Origin: an uncultured delta proteobacterium
GTDB lineage: Bacteria > Myxococcota_A > Polyangia > Polyangiales > Polyangiaceae
Assembly: GCA_963696385.1 (NCBI GenBank)
Contig: CAVOKF010000005.1
Coordinates: 896,001-960,000, forward strand
DNA length: 64,000 nt
Direction of reading: 5' to 3'
In this document: in pieces, positions 19,192 to 29,226 of the stretch
Numbering within the stretch: position 1 is the first letter of the stretch
Layout of the letters: every line of letters starts with the position of its first letter
Position numbers and translations under genes: made by a program
The notes under the pieces: generated by a model
What the model saw: the letters and a program-made list of their open reading frames with translations, nothing else
The model's database searches: none
Told to the model about the DNA's origin: nothing

Positions 19192-21000
19192 TCACCGGTA
19201 CCCGCTGGCCTGCAGCTCGAACATGTGAGCGTATCGGCCGTGTGCGGCGACGAGCTCGTCGTGCGTGCCTTGCTCGACGATGCGTCCATGGTTCAAGACC
19301 ACGATGCGATCGGCCATTCGGACCGTCGGGAAGCGGTGCGAGATGACGATGGTCGTCCGGCCGCGTGCGAGGGCTCGGAAACGCTCGAACACATGGTGCT
19401 CGGAGTCCGCGTCGAGCGACGCGGTCGGCTCGTCGAGCACGAGGATATCCGCCTCTTGCCGCATGAACGCGCGGGCGAGCGCGATTTTCTGCCACTGTCC
19501 GCCCGACAGCTCCATCCCGTCCTTGAACCAATGACCGAGGGAGGTCTGAAGGCCGTGCGGCAGCGCCGCGATCACCTCGGCGGCCCCGCCTTCCTCCGAG
19601 GCTCGAGCGATGCGCACGTCGTCGTCGAGGTGGTCTACACTGCCGAGTCCGACGTTGTCCCGGGCCGACAGCTGATACTGATTGAAGTCCTGGAAGACGA
19701 CGCCCAAGCGGGCGCGCAGCGTCGACTCGTCCCAACTCGCGATGTCGCGACCGTCGAGCAGCACTCGCCCCTCGGTGGGCTGGTACAGGCCGGTCAGGAG
19801 TTTGACCAGAGTGGTCTTGCCTGCACCGTTGTCGCCGACGAGGGCGAGACTCGTGCCGCGTGGAATGACGAGAGACACGTCGCGAATCGCCCAATCCGGT
19901 TGGCCGGGGTAACGGAACGAGACGCGATCGAACGCAAGGCCCGGCGCACGCTGCGCCGCCACCGTATCGGCGGGCAACCGCGCCGGCGCAGGTGAGGACC
20001 CCGAGTCGAGAAAATCGAACAGGTTCGACATATACAAATTCTGCTCGTAGATGCTTCCAATCGAGCCGATGATGGCTTGGAACGCCTGTTGGCCCTGCCG
20101 AAAGGCCACGACGTAGAGCGTCAGGTTTCCGATCGAGATAGTCCCGCGCGCCGCGGCAAGCGCCATGACCAAATACGCGCCATAGAAAGCCACGGTCGCG
20201 ATCAACGACAGCAGCTGCCCGGCCGCCCGTCGCACCGCCACCGTCCGGTCGTCTTGAAACAATCGGCCCGCCAGATCCCGGTAGCGACCCAGGAGTGGTG
20301 GGCCGAGCATGAAGAGTTTGACCTCCTTCGCGTGCTCGTCGTTCGCGAGGACGTGCTCGAGATAGACGAGTTTCCGCCATTCCTGGGAGCGACGATTCCT
20401 CAGCTGAAAGGTCAGCTTCGATGCCTGCATCTCGGCGGCCGTGGCCGGTATCGTCGCAGCGAGGAGTATCCATACGACCCACGGACTGAAGCGAAGCAGC
20501 AAGGCCGCATACCCCGCGAGCGTGACCACCCCCTGCACCAACCCGAAGCTCTCGCGGACCAGCTGAAGAGGCCGGGTCGACGCCTCGCGCCTGGCGCGCG
20601 TCATCTTGTCGTAAAACTCCGAGTCCTCGAAGGCAGGCAACGGAAGTCCGACGGCCTTCTCGAGGATCGCGATGTTGACATCGATGCCCAAGCGCAGTCC
20701 GAGGATCTGGGTCACGAGGGCGAGCGCTCGCTGAACGACCGTTTGTGCGGCCACCAGGCCGAGCTCGATCGACACCCAGACCATCGTGTCGTGGGCTCTG
20801 CGCGCCACGACGCCGTCGACGATGCGCTTTCCGGCCCAAGCCGTGGATGGGGGCACAAGCGCGGCGGCCACCGTCATGACCATGAGCGTCGCGGTCAGCG
20901 TGGGCGAGGACTGCCACACCATGCGGACGGCCCGCACGGCGTGCCGGGTGCTCCGCCCGGCCTCTTGGAGTCGAGATGTCGCTGCCGGCGCGCCGCTCAC
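19192..21000 (-). CDS. ABC exporter, fused permease/ATPase
   Basis: Walker A GDNGAGKT, LSGGQWQ, LVLDEPT, SHR; N-terminal TM domain; GTGA overlap with surA. Confidence 0.92.
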   Translation of the reverse strand: MSGAPAATSRLQEAGRSTRHAVRAVRMVWQSSPTLTATLMVMTVAAALVPPSTAWAGKRIVDGVVARRAHDTMVWVSIELGLVAAQTVVQRALALVTQILGLRLGIDVNIAILEKAVGLPLPAFEDSEFYDKMTRARREASTRPLQLVRESFGLVQGVVTLAGYAALLLRFSPWVVWILLAATIPATAAEMQASKLTFQLRNRRSQEWRKLVYLEHVLANDEHAKEVKLFMLGPPLLGRYRDLAGRLFQDDRTVAVRRAAGQLLSLIATVAFYGAYLVMALAAARGTISIGNLTLYVVAFRQGQQAFQAIIGSIGSIYEQNLYMSNLFDFLDSGSSPAPARLPADTVAAQRAPGLAFDRVSFRYPGQPDWAIRDVSLVIPRGTSLALVGDNGAGKTTLVKLLTGLYQPTEGRVLLDGRDIASWDESTLRARLGVVFQDFNQYQLSARDNVGLGSVDHLDDDVRIARASEEGGAAEVIAALPHGLQTSLGHWFKDGMELSGGQWQKIALARAFMRQEADILVLDEPTASLDADSEHHVFERFRALARGRTTIVISHRFPTVRMADRIVVLNHGRIVEQGTHDELVAAHGRYAHMFELQASGYR

Positions 21001-22037
21001 AAGCGAACGTCGATGTAGACGTTTCGGCGTAGCTCCTGGAGCCACTGTTTGCGGGCGCGCTCGAGGCCTTCGAGCAAGGCCCGCTGTGTCATGTCACTCT
21101 TCACGTCTTCGAAGGGGGGTACGCGCGCTTCCCCGAGCGGCATCAGGATCACGATGACCTCCTCCTGGCCGGCGGCCACGGGGATTGGGTCCGAGATCGT
21201 GCCCGGCTTCATCGTGTGGATCGCCTCTTGAATGGGAGCCAGCAGATTGGCAATCGGCTGCGATCCATGCGATCCGCAGGCGTCCTTGGTCGAAACGTCG
21301 TCGCTGTATTGCGCCACGAGCCGGCAGAAGTCTTCCCCGTCGCGCGCACGTGCAACGATCTCTTGCGCGAGCGCGGTCCGCGCTTCCAGCTGAAGCTTGG
21401 TCGCCATCGGGGGTACGCGAAGCGCGAGGATCCGGACGTCGACCGGCTCCTGGTCTCTCAACTGTTGAACCCAGTGTTGGTATGCGGTCCGCGCGTCGTT
21501 GTCGGTGACGCGAACCCGCGGACGCACTCGCAGTTCAACGAGCTTTCCCTCGAGAATTTGCCTTCGAATTTCGTCGCGGAAGTCTTGCTCGCTCATGCCC
21601 CGCCGGTGCACTTCTTCGAAGACATCGGCCGGCGTCACCGAGCGGCCTTGCTGAGCTTGCGCTTGCGCCGCGATGTTCTCGATCCCTCGATCGATCTCTT
21701 CCGGCGTGACGGTGATGTGCGATCGGTCGGCGTGCTGTTCCTCGAGGCGATCGTCGATCATCCGATCGAGCACCTCCTTGTACATTTCCTGTTCTTGCAC
21801 ACTGATCACGTTCGTGTCGCGGGTCTGCATGCGGATCTGAACCCGCCCGGCCTGAGCCCTGTGCAGGAGATCCGTCCAGAGAACGGGTCGCTCGCCAATG
21901 ACGGCGACGACGCGCTCGATGATCGTGGCATGCGCCTGCCCGGCACCGAGGAGGGCGGCCGCCATGGCCAACGCGGTGAGGTGCCGAGCAAGCTTCACGG
22001 AGGGCATCGTCGTTCCCCGTGACGCGGGCTCCGTCAT
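20997..22037 (-). CDS. surA: SurA-like periplasmic chaperone/parvulin PPIase
   Basis: Signal peptide, IERVVAVIG, parvulin-like [13 protein letters not shown]-terminal [15 protein letters not shown]. Confidence 0.8.
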   Translation of the reverse strand: MTEPASRGTTMPSVKLARHLTALAMAAALLGAGQAHATIIERVVAVIGERPVLWTDLLHRAQAGRVQIRMQTRDTNVISVQEQEMYKEVLDRMIDDRLEEQHADRSHITVTPEEIDRGIENIAAQAQAQQGRSVTPADVFEEVHRRGMSEQDFRDEIRRQILEGKLVELRVRPRVRVTDNDARTAYQHWVQQLRDQEPVDVRILALRVPPMATKLQLEARTALAQEIVARARDGEDFCRLVAQYSDDVSTKDACGSHGSQPIANLLAPIQEAIHTMKPGTISDPIPVAAGQEEVIVILMPLGEARVPPFEDVKSDMTQRALLEGLERARKQWLQELRRNVYIDVRL

Positions 22038-22432
22038 CGCTTGCTGTACTGGAAGCGCTTGCGCGCGCCAGGGCGCCCGTACTTCTTACGCTCCTTCTTT
22101 CGCGCATCGCGCGTGAGGAAGCCGGCGCGCTTGACCGCACCTCGTTTCTCCGGGTCGAACGCGATGAGCGCTCTCGAAATACCGTGGCGCATCGCCTCGG
22201 CCTGTGCGCTCTTGCCGCCGCCCACGCAGGTCGCCCACACGTCGAACTGGTCCTGCGCTTCGATGAGTTCAAGCGCCTGACGAAGAACCATTCGGGACGT
22301 CTCGCGCTCGAAGTACTCGTCGACCGGGCGGCCGTTGACGACGATCGTGCCGGTTCCCGGCTTCAACCAGACGCGCGCGATGGCGGTTTTTCGTTTGCCG
22401 GTGGCGTAGGTGCGGGTGTCTGCGGTGGCCAT
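22034..22432 (-). CDS. rpsI: 30S ribosomal protein S9
   Basis: [45 protein letters not shown]. Confidence 0.99.
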   Translation of the reverse strand: MATADTRTYATGKRKTAIARVWLKPGTGTIVVNGRPVDEYFERETSRMVLRQALELIEAQDQFDVWATCVGGGKSAQAEAMRHGISRALIAFDPEKRGAVKRAGFLTRDARKKERKKYGRPGARKRFQYSKR

Positions 22433-22442
22433 GTTCACTCGT

Positions 22443-22952
22443 TTACGATTGCGGCGGTCGCGGAGCGGACTGCTGCGGGCCCACGATCAGGGGCTTGGGC
22501 TGTTGCGCGCCATGAGGGTGGTCAGGGGTCGTGTAGATTTTTAGCTTGGTGAGCATCTGGCGGCCGAGAACTCCCTTGGGAAGCATGCCGCGCACAGCCT
22601 TCTCGACCGGGAACGTCCCTTTTCGAGCAAGCAGATGCCGATAGCTTTCGCTCCGGAAGCCGCCCGGGATGCCCGAGTGGTGGTAGTAAAACTTCTTGTC
22701 GAGCTTTCCGCCGGTAAGCGCCACCTTGTCGGCGTTCACGACGATCACGAAGTCGCCTGTATCCTCGTGCGGCGTGTACTGCGGCTTGTGCTTGCCTCGC
22801 AAGACATGGGCCACCTGACTTGCGAGGCGCCCGAGAGGCTTGCCCGTCGCGTCGACCACCCACCACGAACGCGACCCTTGGGCCTGCGCTTTGGTCATGA
22901 CGTAGGTTCGCTGGGAACCGCGCGAAGGAGATTGCGGCTGCGTGGAATCCAT
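22443..22952 (-). CDS. rplM: 50S ribosomal protein L13
   Basis: [44 protein letters not shown]. Confidence 0.99.
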   Translation of the reverse strand: MDSTQPQSPSRGSQRTYVMTKAQAQGSRSWWVVDATGKPLGRLASQVAHVLRGKHKPQYTPHEDTGDFVIVVNADKVALTGGKLDKKFYYHHSGIPGGFRSESYRHLLARKGTFPVEKAVRGMLPKGVLGRQMLTKLKIYTTPDHPHGAQQPKPLIVGPQQSAPRPPQS

Positions 22953-23121
22953 GGAAGCTCGACCGGTGGCTGTGGCGGCGGACGCTCGTGAGCCCCCACG
23001 AAAGTCGGAGGGCCGCGGAACCTACGTGGGCCTCGTCCGCCTGTCAAGCGACTGTACTTCGACTCGACCCCGAGAGCGACCGCAACTGCCCGCCGCGCCG
23101 AGCCTCCGACTCCAACCTACC

Positions 23122-23859
23122 TTAGAAGCCGCCGTCGGGACGCCACTTCGGAACGTCGAGGGGGCCGGGTCGGTCGTGGAGCAACTCGTGCGGAGCGAAG
23201 GCGGCTTTGTAGGCGAGCGACGCGCACCCCGCGACACGATATCCGAGGTAGACGTGTGCTCGGCTACCCGCTCTTGCGTCGTCGATGAGCGCGACCACGT
23301 TGGCCGTGCCGAGCGAAAGACGGGCGTAATCCGGATCGTAAAAGAAAAAGGCGGCCGAGAGCGCGCGCGCCGTCATGTCGAAGAGCCCGACACCGACCAG
23401 CGCGCCGTCTGCGTCGTCGTCGTAGTAGGCCGCCTCGCGAGCGCATGGATGCTGGAAGCCGAGCTCCAGTTCGTAACGCTCGCGTGTCTGCGGGTTGGCT
23501 TCCCACCCACGCGCGCTCTCGCGGTTGGAGTGCCACTTTGCGTAGAGCGCAAGGCGAGCGTCGTCGACCCGGGGGGCGCCCACCACCCGGCGCAGCTGCG
23601 CGCAGGCGCGTTGGGCTCGCCGCTGGCCTTTGGTGGGCGCGAAGCGAGCGACGTCGACGCGTAAGCTCACGCATTCCGCGCACGCGGCGCAGGCGGGGCG
23701 GAAGTAGATCGGTCCGAAGCGACGCCATCCGCGTTCGAGCAGCCCGTCCATTTCGTGGACGCCCACTTCGAGCATCACGCGCACCTCCAGGCTCGCCCGC
23801 CGATCGGGCAAGTAGCTGCACGGGCGAGGCTTCTCGATGAACCGCTCGAGGGTACGCAT
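23122..23859 (-). CDS. bpt: Bacterial ATE1-like aminoacyl-tRNA-protein transferase (Bpt)
   Basis: PCSYLP, GWRRFG..FRPAC..C.ECVSLR, FFYDPD..SLGT, YLGY.V.GC.SLAYK. Confidence 0.88.
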   Translation of the reverse strand: MRTLERFIEKPRPCSYLPDRRASLEVRVMLEVGVHEMDGLLERGWRRFGPIYFRPACAACAECVSLRVDVARFAPTKGQRRAQRACAQLRRVVGAPRVDDARLALYAKWHSNRESARGWEANPQTRERYELELGFQHPCAREAAYYDDDADGALVGVGLFDMTARALSAAFFFYDPDYARLSLGTANVVALIDDARAGSRAHVYLGYRVAGCASLAYKAAFAPHELLHDRPGPLDVPKWRPDGGF

Positions 23860-23988
23860 GGGCAGGCGATCCGGCGCGCTCCCATGGGCGCGCGCCGAAG
23901 GGGGCGGGGTCGAATCTAAGCGTAGCGCCACCCTGGCGCATTGGCGCGGTCGTTCGCGAGGCTCGTGCTAGTCTGCCGCGCCGGCACG

Positions 23989-25077
23989 TTGATTACGCCC
24001 GTCTCCGAGAGCCCGCCGACGTACAGCATCGTCGTGCCCGTCTTCAACGAAGAGGGCAATGTCGAGGCTCTTGCCGCCCGCGTCGTCGCCACGATGGACA
24101 AAGTCGGGGCGCCGTTCGAGTTGCTTTTCGTAGACGATGGATCGCGCGATCGGACGCCCGAGCGGCTTCGGCAGCTTGCGGGCCGAGACCCACGAGTCAA
24201 AGTCGTCCGATTCACACGCAACTACGGCCAGGAGGCGGCGGTCGAGGCAGCTTACCTGAACGCTCGCGGGCGCTGGATCATCCAGATGGATGGCGATTTA
24301 CAGCACCCCCCCGAGGAGGTCCCGAAACTCATCGCCAAGCGTGACGAGGGCTACGACGTCGTCTACGGCTTGCGCCAGGACCGCCAGGACTCGATTTTCC
24401 GCGTCGCGGCTTCGCATGCCATGCAGTGGGGCATGCGCTCGATGATGGAAGTCGAGCTTCCCGACGACGTGTCGACCTTCCGCTTGATGAGCGCCCCCAT
24501 CGCTCGAATGGTTGCCGCGTTGCCGGAACGGCGCAAGTTCTTCAGCGCGCTCATCGTCTGGAGCGGAGCCCGAATCGGCGCGGTGAAGGTCGCGCATGCC
24601 CCGCGGCACACGGGCGCCACCCACTACAGTTTCACCAAGCTCCTCAACCATACGTTCGACCTCATCGTCGGCTTCACCAGCAAGCCGCTTCGCTACATCG
24701 GCTCTCTCGGCCTCGCGTTCGCCGTCATCGGCCTGGTGCTCGGTGGATGGGTAATCGCACGCAAGCTGCTCTGGGATTACGGCATCATGGGCTGGCCTTC
24801 GCTGTTCGCAGGCGTCGTGATTCTCGGCGGCATGCAACTGATGGCGACGAGCGTCATCGGAGAGTACATCGCGCGCATCTACATCCAGGCTCAGGCCCGA
24901 CCTCTTTACAACGTTGCAGAAAGGTTGAACTTTCATCCGTCTGATGCGCGCGACGAGCTGCAGCGGGTGTCGGTGATGCCGAACGATCCCTTGCCTGATC
25001 CATCCGGAACCCCGACTTCGCCTGTGAGCAAGACTCTGGCGTCGCCGTCGACGGCGCTCGTGGATGAGGCCTCTTGA
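23989..25077 (+). CDS. GT2 polyprenyl-phosphate glycosyltransferase (ArnC/GtrB-like)
   Basis: VVPVFNEE, VDDGSRD, RNYGQ, MDGDLQHPPE, two C-terminal TMs, IGEYIARIY; start uncertain. Confidence 0.9.
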   Translation: MITPVSESPPTYSIVVPVFNEEGNVEALAARVVATMDKVGAPFELLFVDDGSRDRTPERLRQLAGRDPRVKVVRFTRNYGQEAAVEAAYLNARGRWIIQMDGDLQHPPEEVPKLIAKRDEGYDVVYGLRQDRQDSIFRVAASHAMQWGMRSMMEVELPDDVSTFRLMSAPIARMVAALPERRKFFSALIVWSGARIGAVKVAHAPRHTGATHYSFTKLLNHTFDLIVGFTSKPLRYIGSLGLAFAVIGLVLGGWVIARKLLWDYGIMGWPSLFAGVVILGGMQLMATSVIGEYIARIYIQAQARPLYNVAERLNFHPSDARDELQRVSVMPNDPLPDPSGTPTSPVSKTLASPSTALVDEAS

Positions 25078-26309
25078 CTCGCATCGTGATCGTGGGATGC
25101 GGATTCCCGCAGCTGTCGCTCGTGCGGCAGGCCAAGCGGCGGGGACTCTTCGTCATCGGAGCCGATGCCAACCCGCTCGCGGTGGCGGTTGCTTATTGCG
25201 ACGCGTTTTTCCAAGTGTCGACGAGCGATGTCGAAGCCGTACTCGACCTAGTGCGACGAGCGCGAGCGGACGCCATCACCACGACCGGCAGTGAAGTGTC
25301 GCTCAAGACGACGGCGTCGGTCGCGGCGCGCCGGGGTTTGCCGTTTTACGCCGATTCCGAGACGGTGCGCCGGTGCCAGGAAAAGGATGCCATGCGCGAC
25401 GCTTACGCGGCGGCCGGGCTGACCGTGCCTTCGTTTGCCCGGTGCGAGTCGTTCGAGCAGGCGCGCGATTTCGCGCATCGCACCGACTATCCGCTCGTCG
25501 TAAAGCCCTCCCGAGGGTGGGGCCAAAGGGGCGTTGCCCGTGTCGAGAACGATAGCGAGCTCGACGGCGCCTTCGGCGAAGCGCATGCGCATTCGGCACG
25601 TGCCGGTCTGCCCGTCGTCATCGTCGAAGAATGGCTCGAGGGTCGCGAGTTTTCGGTCAATGGATGGATCGAGGACGGCCGGCTCGAGAGCTACTGCGTT
25701 ACGGAGCGCATGACTTTGCCCGGATGCAAGCCTCTTGGCGTGATGATCGCGGAAATGGCTCCGTCCGGCCTCACGCCGAGCGACGAGGGGCGCGTCGTGG
25801 ACGAAGCAAGGCGCGGTGCGGCCGCGCTCGGGCACACGCGCGGCCCGTGCTATTCGCAGGTCGCGTTGGGCCGGCGAGGTTGCGTCTTGTTCGAGACCGC
25901 CGCGAGACTCGGGGGCGGTTTCGATGGCGACGTCACTCGTCTCTTCTCCGGCGTGGACCTCTACGATCGGGTGCTCGGCGTGGCATTGAACGATCCCGCG
26001 TTGGAGCGGCAGGGCGCGACCGGCCCCGCACGCGCCGCCGCGATCGCCCAATTTTTGATCGCCCGGCCGGGCGTCGTGCGTGCCGTGAGGGGCCTCGACG
26101 CCGCGCGCGCGGCATCGGGCGTCGAGGACGCGCAGTGCTTCGTCCCGGTGGGCGGCCGGGTGCTGCCGCTGACCGACAGCGCGAAGCGTGCGGGATACGT
26201 TCTGGTGCATGGCTCGTCGCGGCGAGAGGCCATGGCACGCGCCGACCGTGCGCTCGCGCTTCTCGGCGTGGACACGTGCGAGGAACCTCGCCCGGGGGCA
26301 ACCGCTTGA
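25074..26309 (+). CDS. ATP-grasp ligase
   Basis: EKDAMR, YPLVVKP..GWGQRGV, VEEWLEGREFSV, FETAARLGG. Confidence 0.88.
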   Translation: MTRIVIVGCGFPQLSLVRQAKRRGLFVIGADANPLAVAVAYCDAFFQVSTSDVEAVLDLVRRARADAITTTGSEVSLKTTASVAARRGLPFYADSETVRRCQEKDAMRDAYAAAGLTVPSFARCESFEQARDFAHRTDYPLVVKPSRGWGQRGVARVENDSELDGAFGEAHAHSARAGLPVVIVEEWLEGREFSVNGWIEDGRLESYCVTERMTLPGCKPLGVMIAEMAPSGLTPSDEGRVVDEARRGAAALGHTRGPCYSQVALGRRGCVLFETAARLGGGFDGDVTRLFSGVDLYDRVLGVALNDPALERQGATGPARAAAIAQFLIARPGVVRAVRGLDAARAASGVEDAQCFVPVGGRVLPLTDSAKRAGYVLVHGSSRREAMARADRALALLGVDTCEEPRPGATA

Positions 26310-27130
26310 CGACCCAGGCCAACGGGACCGGCTCCCCCGGCGTTTGGCAGCTCTTGAGAGAGCGAGCTTCGCGCGACGCTCTGTACGGCGTCGCGTCGTA
26401 TTGGGATGCGCGGGCATCCGCTCGCGGGGGCATGGCGCGATCGCTCTGGCCTTCGAATGCCTTCAACGTCGTGTGGGACGCGCGGCAACGATCGCTTCTC
26501 ATCCGGTCGCTCGGGTCTGTGGAAGGCAAGCGCGTCGTCGACATCGGGTGCGGTACGGGACGCATGGTCCGGTTCCTGTCCGAAGAGTGCGGGGCAGCCC
26601 ACGTGGTCGGAGTCGACTTCTCGCCGGCCACGGTCGGAGCCGCGCGCGACGAATCCGCGGCCCTTCTGTCGTCGGGGCTCGTGCGCTACGAGCGCGGTGA
26701 CGTGGTGGCCGGTCTCGACGCGATCGGCGTCGGTCAATTCGACGATGCCGTGGTCCTCGGCTGCCTGTCGGTGGCGTGCTGCGACGCGGCGTCGCTCGAG
26801 CGCGCGATCGGCAACGTCGCGCGATTGGTTCGCGGGGGGGGCCGTGTGTTGTTGCTGGAGCCGATCCATCGTTCGCCGATGTTGCGGCGTGTCCTGGGCC
26901 TCGGCCTCGAAGAATGGATCGTCGCCGCGAATCGCGCCGGCCTGCTGCTTCGCGCGGCCGATCGAATGGGGTTCGTACCGGTCCGGGCGCTGCTGAGCGT
27001 GCGCGATCTTCCCGGCCCCTTGGTCCGTCCGATGTTCTCCGCAGGAGAGTCGCTCCTCGACTCGGCGCCCTGGTTGTCGTTTCTGTCCGACTACAAGCTG
27101 CTGCTGTTCGAACGGATCCCATTCGCGTGA
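26306..27130 (+). CDS. Class I SAM-dependent methyltransferase
   Basis: VVDIGCGTGR, GVDFS, LVRGGGRVLLLE; TTG start overlaps the upstream TGA. Confidence 0.88.
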   Translation: MTTQANGTGSPGVWQLLRERASRDALYGVASYWDARASARGGMARSLWPSNAFNVVWDARQRSLLIRSLGSVEGKRVVDIGCGTGRMVRFLSEECGAAHVVGVDFSPATVGAARDESAALLSSGLVRYERGDVVAGLDAIGVGQFDDAVVLGCLSVACCDAASLERAIGNVARLVRGGGRVLLLEPIHRSPMLRRVLGLGLEEWIVAANRAGLLLRAADRMGFVPVRALLSVRDLPGPLVRPMFSAGESLLDSAPWLSFLSDYKLLLFERIPFA

Positions 27131-27897
27131 CCCTCGCGACGACGGCACTCCTTTTTATGGCGGCCGCCATCGGCGGAGCCATCAACTCCGTCGCGGGCGG
27201 GGGGAGCTTCGTGGCGTTTCCGGCCTTGCTTTTCGCAGGGGTTGCGCCGGTTCCCGCGAATGCGACGAACACCATCGCGCTGTGGCCCGGCAGTGTCGCG
27301 AGTGCCCTCGCGTACCGGCGGGAGCTCGCTGAGGTGCGCGGGGAGCTCGTTGCCTTCGGAGTCGCAAGTCTCGCGGGTGGCCTCGTCGGGTCGCTGCTTC
27401 TGCTGGGTACGTCCAACCAGACGTTCGTCCTGCTCATCCCGTGGCTGCTGTTCTTCGCCACGCTTCTCTTCTCGTTCGGTGGCACGGTGGCCCGCCGCCT
27501 CGCGCGCGGCGCTCGTGCATCGGTCGGCGTCGCAGTCGCCACGCAACTCGTGATCAGCGTGTACGGGGGCTACTTCGGCGGGGGCATGGGAATCATGATG
27601 CTGGCCGTCCTTTCGCTCCGAGGCATGACCGACATTCACCGGATGAATGCCCTGAAGACGTTTCTCGCTACGCTCATCAACGGCGTCGCGGTCGTGGCGT
27701 TCGTCGTGGCGGGCGCAGTGGCCTGGGAGCCGGCCGCGGTCATGATCGTCGGAGGCATCCTCGGCGGGTACGCCGGCGCCGCGGTGGCTCGTCGCATCCG
27801 TCCTGCACACGTGCGTACGATGGTGCTGGTCGTGGCCTGGACGATGACGGTGTACTTCTTCGTCCGGACGTACTGGCCCCGTCCTCCCATCGTGTGA
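27127..27897 (+). CDS. TauE/SafE (sulfite exporter family) membrane protein
   Basis: INSVAGGGSFVAFPAL, ANATNT, YGGYFGGGMGI, NALK; GTGA overlap. Confidence 0.9.
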   Translation: MTLATTALLFMAAAIGGAINSVAGGGSFVAFPALLFAGVAPVPANATNTIALWPGSVASALAYRRELAEVRGELVAFGVASLAGGLVGSLLLLGTSNQTFVLLIPWLLFFATLLFSFGGTVARRLARGARASVGVAVATQLVISVYGGYFGGGMGIMMLAVLSLRGMTDIHRMNALKTFLATLINGVAVVAFVVAGAVAWEPAAVMIVGGILGGYAGAAVARRIRPAHVRTMVLVVAWTMTVYFFVRTYWPRPPIV

Positions 27898-27992
27898 TGG
27901 GGGCGGCAGCGCCGCCCACCCGGTGCGATCGCGATTCGATTTTTGCCGACGTGGCCCCCGCGCCCCGCTCGCGGCATGGAATCTCGGAACAT

Positions 27993-29198
27993 CTACAGCC
28001 ACTTGAACGCGTGCGTCGCAATTTCTTCGCCGATCGCAAGCGACGCGGTTGCAGCTGGCGAGGGAGCGTTCAGGACGTGGACCATGCGTTCGCCATGCCG
28101 GATCTCGAAGTCGTCGAGCAGCGCGCCGTCGCGGGTCACTGCCTGGGCGCGCACGCCGGCACCTCCGGGCGTCAAGTCGGACGCTTGAATCTCGGGGACG
28201 AGCCTCGCGCACGCCCGGGCAAACGCGCTCCGGCTGAGCGATCGCCATTGTTCCGACATCCCGGCTCGCCAATGCCGTCTCGCCATGCGCCAGAACCCGG
28301 GCCACGTCGCGACGTCCCAGGCGTCGCGCACGTCGAGGCTTGCACGGCCGTAGCCTTCGCGCGCCATCGCGAGCACCGCGTTTGGACCGGCCTCGACGCC
28401 GCCGCCGATCCGGCGCGTGAAGTGGACGCCGAGAAACGGAAACGACGGGTCGGGAACGGGATAGATCAGGTTTCGAACGAGGCGTTGACGATCGGGGGCG
28501 AGCATCCAATACTCGCCTCGGAACGGCAGAATCGCGACATCGATCGAGAGGCCTGCGAGCCGCGCGACGCGATCGCTTTCGAGACCGGCGCACGCCACGA
28601 GCACTCGGGCCTCGACCTCCAAGGCGGATGACGCGACGACGACACGCCCATTGAGCCGCTCGATCGCCGTCACCTGCGATCCCGTGTGCAGCGCGGCGCC
28701 GAGTCGCGCGAGCTCGGCCGCAACCGATCGCGCCACTTCGCGATAGTCCACGATTCCCGTGTCGGGGACGAAGAGCGCCTGCACCCCCGTCGCGTGCGGT
28801 TCATGCTCCCGGAGCTCGTCCGGGCCGAGGCGCCGAATCGCTGTGAGCCCGTTGGCCAGACCGCGTCGCTCGAGTTCCTCGAGACGCGGAACCTCCTCCG
28901 GTCCCACGGCCACCACGACTTTGCCGCATCGGTCGAATCGGACGTCGTGTTCTTCGCAGAATCGCTCGAGGAGCGCCCGACCGCGTGCGCACGTCCGGGC
29001 TTTGAGCGAGCCGGGCTTGTAATAGAGCCCCGCGTGGATGACCCCGCTGTTGCGGCCGGTCTGGTGAGTGGCGAGTGCGGGCTCCTTCTCGAGGACCACG
29101 ACCGACAAGCCAGGGCGAACTCGGAGCAGAGCCAGCGCCGTGGCCAGCCCGACGATTCCCCCGCCGATGACGACTGCGTCCGCACGAGTCACGCTCAC
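27993..29198 (-). CDS. lhgO: L-2-hydroxyglutarate oxidase
   Basis: GGGIVG, HQTGRNSGVIHAGLYYKPGSLKA, YPVPDP.FPFLGVH, GPNA, GVRAQA, NAPSPAAT. Confidence 0.93.
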   Translation of the reverse strand: MSVTRADAVVIGGGIVGLATALALLRVRPGLSVVVLEKEPALATHQTGRNSGVIHAGLYYKPGSLKARTCARGRALLERFCEEHDVRFDRCGKVVVAVGPEEVPRLEELERRGLANGLTAIRRLGPDELREHEPHATGVQALFVPDTGIVDYREVARSVAAELARLGAALHTGSQVTAIERLNGRVVVASSALEVEARVLVACAGLESDRVARLAGLSIDVAILPFRGEYWMLAPDRQRLVRNLIYPVPDPSFPFLGVHFTRRIGGGVEAGPNAVLAMAREGYGRASLDVRDAWDVATWPGFWRMARRHWRAGMSEQWRSLSRSAFARACARLVPEIQASDLTPGGAGVRAQAVTRDGALLDDFEIRHGERMVHVLNAPSPAATASLAIGEEIATHAFKWL

Positions 29199-29226
29199 GA
29201 GGATCGCACTATAAGCTTGTCGTCGA

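Noticed and set aside
17720..20917. Apparent 1065-aa FAD oxidase fusion
   Set aside because: The N-terminal part is an alternate frame of the ABC transporter; the oxidase starts at 19147.
22953..23121. Ribosomal protein leader RNA upstream of rplM
   Set aside because: No structure or consensus I could support by eye.
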